Below are positions 26,861 through 38,964 of a DNA stretch of 64,000 nucleotides, piece by piece; position 1 is the first letter of the stretch, and every line of letters starts with the position of its first letter. The DNA lies in assembly GCA_905178155.1 (NCBI GenBank), contig CAJINV010000008.1, forward strand, positions 4,303,420 through 4,367,419. Direction: 5' to 3'. The notes below the pieces were generated by a model, which saw nothing but the letters and a program-made list of their open reading frames with translations, did no database searches and was not told the origin of the DNA. This DNA is from Amoebophrya sp. A120 (taxonomy: Eukaryota; Protista; Dinoflagellata). The position numbers and the translations under genes are program-made.

Positions 26861-27087
26861 TGGCGAAAATCCTTGGGAACAAATTGCTGGAAGTCACCTG
26901 CGTAAGACGTGTCGTCAGACCGGGATTATCGGTCGAAACGCAGATCCCACGCACCTGCTTCAAAATTTTTGAAAACCGAAGCTTTTAGGAACTGCTCTGG
27001 GAACTAATTTCTGAAAGCTCTAATTGCTCCAAACCACCACCACGAGTACTTCCACCACTTACGTGGCCGCGCGACAGCATGAGGCGA

Positions 27088-27426
27088 GAGGTGAGGAAGA
27101 TTTGAATCTTCATAAGGAAAAGCCTCGGTTTGAACTTGGAACATAATGATTTTTGCACAGGATAAAATCCATCCTGGAATCACTAGTCACGGCAAAAATA
27201 CTTCTTGGTAACACGTGTCAGTTTGCCCCTGTCTCGTTTTGTTTTATGCTTTTATTTACGGAGCTGAATTAATGTTGATTCGACGAGGACACACAAAAGA
27301 TAAAGATCCACATCCAACACAGCAACATCTCTGACGAGAACAGCCTGCGCCAATGGTGGTGCCAGAAGTGATTCATCCCTGTCTTTTAAGCAAATTCTTA
27401 CTAAAAAAAAACCTATCCAGACAAGC
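27088..27426 (+). pseudogene. Duplicated fragment of the PKA-R gene (end of intron 1, exon 2, intron 2)
   Basis: Colinear with 39181-39502, for example CACAGGATAAAATCCATCCTGGAATCACTAGTCACGGCAA and AACCTATCCAGACAAGC. Confidence 0.9.
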
Positions 27427-27812
27427 ATGGCGAGTCTGGCGTGGGCAGTCTGGCGTGGGCACGTTTTGACTCAGGATATGATGCGAACGTATCAAATGTA
27501 AAAATGTCTGGGTCTGGAAGATTGCCGGGTTTGTCATGCACATTTTGCATGACTCCTCAAGTCTGTGAGGCATGCCCTAGCATCACAGATTTTTAGAGGG
27601 CTTCCTGATGCCTATTCCGCATGACAAGTGCTCTCTTCGTGCTGCAAAATTTGGACTCTCTTTGCTGCTCATGCAATACAGATTTTTTTAGAATCCAAAA
27701 TCAGCATGACAAGTTGTATTCTTCCAGACCCAGACACTTTTACATTTGATAGAACGATCCCGGGCCCGATACGTGGAACCGAGCGACTCGGGTGAAGGTA
27801 GGTCCCAAGCTA
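27426..27812 (+). repeat. Duplicated fragment of gene A (334-707), including a family B introner at 27490-27751
   Basis: CATGGCGAGTCTGGCGTGGGCA...CTCAGGATATGATGCGAACGTATCAAATG...TCCCAAGCTA shared; direct repeat GAACG/GAACG. Confidence 0.9.
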
Positions 27813-28089
27813 TCCTGAGTAAAAACGTCCCCACACCAGAGTTGTAATGCAGATTTGCAAGGACAGGAAGACTTGTAATGCGCATCCCCATGAGAGCCAT
27901 TTCCAGTCGTGTTTTGGAATTTGTGATGCTGTGAACAGGATGAGCAGATGAGTCTGTGATGCGGCTGCACTTGCTAACCTGCACTACGCTGCATAGTGCA
28001 ACTTGTCATGCGTGACTCACAAAACTCCTAGGTTTGTGTTGCAAAATCCTCATCCTGACTCTGGTGTGGGTACGTTTTTCCTCAGGATA
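27811..28089. mobile_element. Introner, family A, inverted; flanks do not match (CAAGC/GAGTA)
   Basis: Reverse-complement relative of 15015-15293 and 19230-19494. Confidence 0.9.
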
Positions 28090-29242
28090 GAGTACTTCCA
28101 CCACTTACGTGGCCGCGCGACAGCACCGCGTCGCCGCAGGAGTTGGCACAGAAGGCGCAGTGGATCCAAACCTGGAACAGCAGTGGCCCACCGCTGGAGA
28201 GGTGTTGATGACGCGGGACAAGAGGCCTAGCGCACGCGAACCGCCGCGCGAGGAGGATCAGAATCTCTTTTCGCATCACGGCGCGGAGTCGCCTCTTGCA
28301 AAACAACGCAACCAAAATGTTCTCCCGCAGCAACCTAGTATCGGAGAAAGTGGACCGGCGGACCACAAGCGGCCCAGCAGATTTGCGAAAAAGAAGCAGA
28401 GGCCGACCACCAAAAACGCACCAGCGACGGCGCACCCGGACGACCACAAGCGGCCCAGGAAATTTGTGGAAAAGAAGACGGCGACCCAGACAAATGCAGC
28501 AACCACGTCAGCCTCCTCCCGTGCCTCACTGCGGGGAGCGGGGTCCGGCCAGGCTGGGGAACGAGCGGCAGAAGCGAAGCCGGAAGTTTTCGAAGAGCTA
28601 CAAGGCAAAGGGACTCGAACCAGTGCGGGATCGAGGCAGTCAGTCGTGCAGAACGACGTCAGCAACGAGCGTGTGGGTACCATCGACATGAATGGTAGTA
28701 CCGAGAGGGCAGTGCCGACGTCGGCTCCCACCACTGAAAGGACGAACGAAAACGGCGATGTTGGGTCTGCCGCTGCTGCAACTACTTCGCATGATCGACG
28801 TGGAGATAAGCGCCACAGCCTCCGCGGGCGGCGGAACGCTGCCGGACTTGCAGAGCACGCGGTTTCCGAAACAGCTGGAACAAGCACCAAGAACGAAGTG
28901 GCGCCAACCGAGAGCTACAGCCTGCAGGAGCAGCCCGCGTCAGTCTCTCTGCCGGGTACTAGTTATGTGGACGAATTGACGCAGCAAGAGCCGCCGCGAA
29001 GACCTGCGACCGAGATTCTCGACGGTATCAGCTCCTCGTCGCCCTCGTATGGGCTGAAGACTTCGCGCGATCATGGATCCATTGACGACGGGAGTGATAC
29101 GACCACATTTTCGAGCTCCACCAAAATCTCTGCTGTTTTCTCTTCCCCCAGCATTTTCACCACCACCAGTTCCCTCCTCCTCTGCATGCTGTTCCTCGGC
29201 GGGTGTGCGGCTCTGGTCCTGCGTATCAGAGAACGAAATTGA
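28090..29242 (+). CDS. Low-complexity exon with C-terminal TM helix; probably the displaced last exon of the EF-hand-repeat gene
   Basis: ORF 28109-29242 ends LLLCMLFLGGCAALVLRIRERN; its start STSTTYVAARQH matches STSTFYVGARQH at 25823-25860. Confidence 0.65.
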
Positions 29243-29499
29243 TAAGAACTATTCCACAGCGATCCCTCAGTGTCATAATTACCTTTTGTAAATGAACGCG
29301 ATGAAAAAGTAGACTGTGTTTCGAGAGCTGTTGTCCGAGCAGCAGCAGCAGTGGCTGTGAGTATTCGAGGAAGTAGATACCCGGATAACAATTTCATATG
29401 CGGAGGCTTCGTATGCCATAAAAATCAATATTGCTTTTCGCTCCACATAAGTAAGTATGCCTCTATAGCTGGGTAGCACAGGACAAGGAAAGTTCTAGT

Positions 29500-30140
29500 A
29501 CTCCTGCATTCTGATAGTGCGGGTCGCGCGCGGTTGGAGAGCGGGCGTACGTGTTGGCCTGCAGCAAGACTTCTTGCAACGGCAGCTGATCGCGCAGGAA
29601 AACGAACTGATCGAGCATATCACACAGGAAAAAAATAGCACGCTATGTTTGTATGTGGAACTAAAAAGTGCAGAAATCGACAAAGAAAATGATTGGCGAT
29701 GAACTGCGGGCACGTAGCATGCTGCGTCAGGTATACCAGACAGAGATGCTTATTCTCTTGCAGTGATGTTTCTTGCATTTGTAGTGATGTTCTGCAAGTA
29801 TAACGCGCGACCTTTTTTCTCTGGGATTCGAAAGACAGACGAACATGCGGAAGCTGCAGGCTCACACGAGACGAACAAGAGCGCGGCGCCAAGCTGCAGC
29901 CAGCCGGAGCAGCAGGATAGTGCGGCGGCCGTCGCCGATGCAAGTGAAGGCGAGTCTATCCTGGGGAAAAAGCCACTTTCCTGTATTTTCTGGCGAGGTG
30001 GTTGTGCGCTGCATTGGTTACCCCACCGGACTATGAGTGAGAATGATAGAAACGAGGAGAATAAAACGAAGAAGACTTCTGGGTTGCGACGGCGTCTAAA
30101 TGCATGCAACCTGGACGAAAGATATGCAGCAATCTAAAGG
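29500..30140 (+). CDS. Small hypothetical gene or fragment with introner 29618-29828
   Basis: QQDFLQRQLIAQENELIE, then TATCACACAGGAAAAAA...TTTTTTCTCTGGGATT, then KTDEHAEAAGSHE. Confidence 0.35.
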
Positions 30141-32485
30141 GAAAGCTTGGCGGATACCATGTGCGCAATGACAAACTCGTAAGGGTGACAAGTGCATTAA
30201 TTCAAATCTTTCTTGCGAGGGGCGAGCAGCATCTCATCTGCCTGCACAGTGGTCCTCTATACATTACATCAACAATTAATTGGCTTGCGGCCAAGATTCG
30301 CCGAATTTACCTCGTCCAAGTATGATCGGGCAGGTGGCTTTTTTCAATTTGATACGCAGGCCAGCGAGCAGCACCACTCTGGCGAGCAGCGAAGGCGAGG
30401 ACTTCCGCCGTGCCTGAGTGTTGCCAGGTAACAGTCGTGATCTGATTCAGGGATAAAGCAAAGAAACTTTCTATTTGTTACGAAGATGACAGTGGGAAAA
30501 CCACAATCAATATAGATCTTTTAGGAGACTCGCATGCATACAGTCGGGGCGAGCGACATGAACTTCCGCTCGCGCAAGTGAAGCAGTAGAAGCCCGGACC
30601 TCGAATGATCAGGAGCTGAATCACAAGTGGACTAGATTTTAAGCAACGAAACAAACAGGTAGAGAGAACACAGAGAACAAGGACGAGAGGTACCCAACAA
30701 TGGGACCGCCGGACGGTAAAGGTATCATGACAAGAGTATCCAAGTTTGCCATTGAAAATTAAGAAATTTCTTTGAAGAAATACCTATCACCCGTGAGACA
30801 GCTTTGACTTTCTCGACGCGAACACTATATCACTGTTGTGAACATCCGAGGATTGACTGAAACTGTATTATTAAAACGTGAACATCGACATCTACACCTA
30901 TTTGCTGAAAAACACAATTTCCATTTATTGTTTACCGCAAGAAAATACGCAAAAAATCTTGAACTTGCTTACCGTCATGAGAAATTATTGAAGAAATACC
31001 CCTCCTCACTCCGCTGTCTTGCCAGAGTCGAAGATACATGATTAATTGTATGATGGAACCGAACCAAGTGAGAAACAAAAATTTTTGGTTTAGGGTTTCG
31101 GCTTGTGCTCAGGCCTGAGAGGCGACCACACTGCCTCTTCCTAGTCGTGTGCCAGGTCGCGAAAAGATGTAAGCCCGCGTCTGTCTATCGAGGGTTGGGG
31201 TAAGAGGCAACGCCAATCGCCACTATATCCACTCCACAGAAACAAGTGTTTATCATCAATGTCAGTCTTCCAATGAATTATTGTTTGCCAACAGTTTGAA
31301 ATTAATGCCTACTTCATGTAACAACAACGTTGACCGTATGATAAAACAAGAAAAGTCGAAAGAAAGTCTCGCAAAAAAAAAAGTGCCTACTTACACAGCT
31401 ATGTAGACCCAGGTAAAAAACCACTGACGTACATTAGCCTTTACCGTTGGCAACTACTGGAAGTTGCGTTTGCAATCCTAGATTAGAATGACGAAGCCAA
31501 CTGATACAACCTGGAAGGAACCGTCGAAGGCTATGCTGCTCCAAAAGCAAAAGGACGAGAAGTGGTGACATTCCAAGAAAGCTGGCGATCATCTGCGAAA
31601 GCAACTACTTTATCCTATTGAATAGAATTAGCAGCGAAATGATCCGCTTCACCTCCGATTCACCCTGCCCCGGTGATGCCGCGCTTCCGAAGTGCTGGTT
31701 GTGCGACCAGCTCTACTAACTTCGTTACTCAAGGATGCACTTATGTACTTAAGCGACGCACGCGCGAGCCCGGAATAAAAAACAAAGTAGGCGGCATCGC
31801 GGGTAAAAGCCACTATTAATCGCAGCCCCACGAACAATCCAGGTCTCGCGTCTGCATTGCAGAACAATTTGTAGGAGCTGCCACGGTAATGCTTTTATCT
31901 CGACCTCAGTTTCACACGACCGACGTGTTGTTCAACCTGCCTACCTCGAAATTGATTAAGCAACTATTTTTGTTGGTTTAGATTATTTACAGCAACTTGG
32001 TATTGTGACTTGTACAAAACAGCCAATCGAAAAATCAATCACGATGCCAGAAAAAGACTAAGTGAAAAAACGATAAAGATGGTATAGCTGACAGAATGAG
32101 AATTCAAAAGATTGTATCTGATTATACCATTACAAACTGCAGCTTGCCGACGAAGCAAAATATCGGACGAGAAAATTTTATGGCGACGATAGAACAAAAA
32201 TCCATGCCATCGTGTCCCGGGTCGTCGTCGATTCAGGCGTTAATGTGATTTTGTATTGCAGAAAACCCTAAGCATTGTGTTTTGGCATCGTTTTCGCACC
32301 GTATAGTATTTCGTGTTGTTGAGCGAGAACGAGGCTCGGCTGGCTTCGTTCGGACAGTTTCAATTGCACTGAGCGGTTCGTTTTCACCACGGCAAAGGAA
32401 GTATCTATTAGCAGCGAAACTTGCAAAGCCCATATGGATTCAAGTTTGCAGAGGAAGCACGAGGTTCGGTGCTAGGACACAGACC

Positions 32486-33349
32486 ATGAGTCGCTCGCTT
32501 TCCGTGCATCTGATCTCTCATTTTTCAGATTTGTGTTGCCTCGAGATTGATGCTTCTCTTTCTGGATGAGCATGCAAAACCATGTAGTGATGCCCTTTGA
32601 TTCAGACTCTGAAGATTTCAAGCATGAGCAACTAAATAGACGCGGAGGCGCAAACAGTAGTACTACGATGCAAGCACCAGGAATTATACGTACGCGCAGA
32701 TGTCATTGAACCTCTAGGCGTCTCGCCTTGACATTTTCTTGTCGATCGTCAATATCACAAGATGACCTTCGCACAGATTCAGAACTTTCGCGCATATTCA
32801 AACAGCTAAAGCCAAAGCAACATTCGAAACATGCTCCGGCATTTCTACTCCTCGAGTTTCTTCAGCATGGCCACACCGGGGCTTTCCCAAGAAGAAGACG
32901 CATTTGCGACTCTCTCTGGAGCAACGGACGCGCTGGAGCACGCGGGTGCGAGTTTGGCGGAGCAGCTGGCACGGATGCACTTGCTGCTGTACAAAACGTA
33001 CACCAGCGCGCACACCTCGCTCCTGGAGATGCAGAACTACCTTTCGTGAGCATAAGCTGTGGACTCGATTGATTCAACTCAAGACGTCTGGTCCTCGACG
33101 GAGAATCACAACTTGCAATTTTGCTTTCGAAAAGCCGTTGTAAAAGCCGCTCGCTGTGTAGGAGTTGGAGGTTTGTTCTTCGTAGTATGGTGGAGCAGAA
33201 AAAAGGCAGCACGTCACGTCGTGCACAGGTTCGGTTTCGGACCCAGCACATTCTTGAATGCTTTTCTACACATTGACTCGGACATGCAAGAGGAAGATCA
33301 CACAACCTTAGCTATGTATAGCTTCCATAGAGACGTCGTGCACCAATGA
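32486..33349 (+). CDS. Small hypothetical helical protein, multi-exon
   Basis: Exon-like ORF 32831-33049 (MATPGLSQEEDAFATLSGATDALEHAGASLAEQLARMHLLLYK); boundaries uncertain. Confidence 0.35.
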
Positions 33350-33365
33350 TTTTTTGCGCTTTAAT

Positions 33366-35460
33366 TCAAGCGGAATGGTGTGTTCTTTTTTCCAATGAGA
33401 TAGGCAATTGTTCCGTTGTCTTCCCCAGAACACCGTCGACAATTGCGGTGTAAAACGTTTCCAAGAAGCTCCCTAAAACAGCTAAAGCCGCAGTGGACGT
33501 CATACCAGCTGGCGATGCAGCGGACAAATCTAGGGCTTGCAGTCCTCCCTTCAGATCTCGCATAATCGTCTTTCGCAACCGTAATTCTAATTCCGAAGAG
33601 GAGTTATCATCAACATCTTCGCGATGAAAGCCAGCATCTTCTGGATCCTCGTGCGCACGAGCAGGACCGGGCGAGGAAGTGCTGGTGCTCCTGCTGCGCG
33701 GTAGCAGCAGAACCACGAGGAGCCTACTGAAGGGCAAACGCATACCCACATTTGCAGAGCCGGCGTCTCCTGCTCTTGGTCTCGACGAAGTTGTTCTCGT
33801 CGTTGCAGCAGGACGGGACCACAACTCTTCCGCACTCCACGAATCAAAGAAAAGCAGGCCGCCTGGCGGCACGACCCTTTGATGTTCGAGTTCGGCTTCG
33901 GCGAAAGAAGAACTCCGAAAAATAAATCCATCCTTCTGTAGTCCTCCCGGTGCCGTCGTGGCTGCCACGGCCGCTCCTGGTCGTCCCAGCGCCGTACCAA
34001 CACTAAAACTGTCTCGCCCGCCACGAAGACCCTTGAGCCTGCCCTTCGTCGAGTTGAATAGCGCATGGTACAGAGACGACTCAGCGAAGGACTTGGGCGG
34101 CACGTCCTTCTGGCGCGAATAAACCACAGTGCCGGAGTCCGCGTCGAGAAGCTGAAGAAGGTACATACTTACGTTCTTGCTCGCACCCGATTTATTTCTC
34201 CGCGCTCACAATTCTTTACCGACCAAAGACTTACTCCGAACGCACGCGTGACCTTCAGGTCATCTACATGATCTCTGATTTCGCGACAAAGGAACTCAAC
34301 TGAGATTTCGAAACAACCATCAAAAAAATGCCAATCACCTTGATCTACTCGCACCAGGCCAAGAAGAGCAGGAGTTTGCCACGATTTATAAAGCCTGATC
34401 TTCGAGCCTTCCATCTTGGGAGGACGGTCGTCCCCTGTGGTGCAGCATCTTCCTTCATCAGTACGATCGATGCTGTTGTTAGTCATGAAGCAGATGCAAC
34501 GAAGAACAAAACGAATGTCGATCCGCTTGTGCTCTTGCTCTTGTACAGTCGGAGATGAAGTCCTCCGAATGACAGTAGTCCGCATGAGTTGGTTTTCTTC
34601 CTTCACTTTCACCGCCAAGAGTTCTCCGTCCAGGAGCAGGGCCTGGGCGAAAAATAAAACCTAGGAAAATGATGACATCAATCAGGGAGACGGAGTTGAA
34701 ACAGGGCGGTATCAAAATCCTCGTGGTAAAATACTTTTCGCTATACATAGTAAACGTAAACCAGTAAGGTGGCGGCAACAAATAAGCTGTCGACGGTAGT
34801 TCTTATCCTACGTACCGCAAGGAGGTTGTTAAACCGCCAAGAACAGCTCCTACGCTGCGGATACAGTTGCGCCTGCGACCGAAGCGCTCTGGTCACCGTA
34901 CACCTTGGAGAGAATCTCCCGCAGCGACTGTTGCTGTTGGTCAGCCTCCTCTTTCGATTCTAAACTCCTGCTCGTAGTACTACCTCCCGGCTCAGCTGCA
35001 GATGCAAGAACGACCTCTCCGCGGTTTTCATCGCCGCTTCTGTTGTTGTTCTTGGGGAGGTGGTTCTTCCTTCGGTTCTTGACATCTTGCTTGATGTCGT
35101 GAACTATGCAATGCAAAAGCATCGTACTCGTATAAATTGCATTACAAATTAGCTCAGCATGACAAATTGAATTTGTAATGCTGATTTACCTTGTAAAAGA
35201 GATTTGTAATGCATAAATGCAATTACTACGAGTACGATACTTTTGCACAGGATCTTTGCTTAGTGTTGAGGTACATAGGTTTCTTGCAAACACAGCGAGT
35301 AGTGAGCTTTCGAAAAGCTGTTGTAAAAGCCGCTCGCTGTATAGGACGAGTTGGCGGTAGTTAATATGATTGACTACTTTGCTGTGTGTGGAGAGCGTTG
35401 CGGGCCCAGTAGAAACTGACACAGAGGTGTAATCCTGTGCCTCCAGTCTGGGTTCGTCTT
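33366..35460 (-). CDS. Hypothetical multi-exon protein, divergent from katanin
   Basis: Minus-strand ORFs 33366-34166, 34169-34618, 34850-35122; family E introner at 35105-35254. Confidence 0.5.
35105..35254. mobile_element. Introner, family E
   Basis: TATGCAATGCAAAAGCATCGTACTCGTA...TACGAGTACGATACTTTTGCACAGGATC. Confidence 0.85.
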
Positions 35461-35887
35461 TTCCCGGTTGAGAAAAGACGCAGTGTGGACAAATTTTTTG
35501 CGCATGTAGTTTTTCGGAGTCTGCACTAGAATAATTTTGACGACTACGAAAGAAGGGGATTATCAACCTGTGATGCAGGGTCAGCATCTCTCCCTTTCGT
35601 CAAGGCCGAGGGTCGGATGGGGAAATCGAAATTTCAGCTCAAAAGCGTTCAGTTTCCGACGAAGCGCACGATCAATTCTTCGTGCTGTGTGGGGCACTTA
35701 TCCACCGAAAGATGTGCTGCAGCAGTGGCGGGTTTCGTCTCGCATATTTTGCGAGCTGCGACGAAATTCCACTTTCTGCGCCGATGAACAGCGCCCGGTG
35801 ACAACAAACCGGCACAGACCACGAGAGGGAGTGAACTGTTTCAAAAGAGCTGAGAGCATTTTTTTCCTCCAGCAAGAGATTTAGAAA

Positions 35888-35907
35888 AAACCTAAACCCT
35901 AAACCCT
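35888..35907. promoter_or_regulatory. Telo-box-like interstitial (CCCTAAA)n motif
   Basis: AAACCTAAACCCTAAACCCT between divergent genes, about 220 nt upstream of the katanin ATG. Confidence 0.4.
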
Positions 35908-36076
35908 TGCCTGAGCTTGACCTTCTCGCATATGCTTTAACTCCACGCTGGCTCGCGCCAATTCTAAACTGTTGCAGGATATTTATCCCGCTCCCTACGA
36001 ACCAGGAACGGTGCAAACTTGAACTTGTGTCGAGAAAAGTTCGAGAAGAAGAGGTTCGAGAAGGAAAGCTGCCTGA

Positions 36077-38209
<2,133 letters not shown>

Positions 38210-38964
38210 TGAGGAAAATCATGATACACTCAACTACAGGGAGGGCGCTGATTGTGCGCTCATCTGAATTTTGGTGTGTGGTGCCAGCTACAGAAGTTCT
38301 GACTTCTTTCACAACAGACTTGCAACGAAGGCTGCTTGCAATTCCTCGGCGTTGGTAGAAGAATGAGAATATAGATCGTCGGAAACCGAGTTATCATCTG
38401 CAAAAAAGAAAAGCGCCGTCTTGTGTGGCCTGCAGTGTGCTGATTGTTTTGACTCAATCCGATACAAGTAAAAAGCACTGCTTGAAGTAGAACTCCGCCT
38501 GATTCTTGCGAGAGTAGGAGCAAGACTAGAACACACTGAGAGGCCCTTTTTTTGAGAGCAACCTCACCTCTAGACGCTTTCGCTTTTTTCCGCCGAAGGT
38601 CAAAGTCGTGCCACGTGGCGCATGGGTCGGTGCCGGTACTTGTTTTTTCTGGGATTGGAGTATCAGTGCTAGCAAGATGTCTCCTGAATTTGCAGCACTC
38701 GCCGATGAGACGGACAAATAATTCAGATTTTGTTTCTTGGGCGGGTCAGGTCAAACGTCAAAGACGGCACAGCGTCTATCAAGAAACGAGACCAGCGACG
38801 AGGTGACGGAACACGCGCAAAGACTTATCTCACATCATGCGAGCTGCCGTTTTGACAGAAATAAACTTTGCGCAATTTTTTCTTTTTTCACGCTTGTAGG
38901 GCTACCGGGAAGGTGGCTGCTTGGGTAGGATTTTTTTCTGGTAAGAAAATCTCCTACATCAAAA

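Noticed and set aside
33366-35460. Longin-domain (Fuzzy-like) assignment for the minus-strand gene
   Set aside because: Only a vague resemblance; no diagnostic motif
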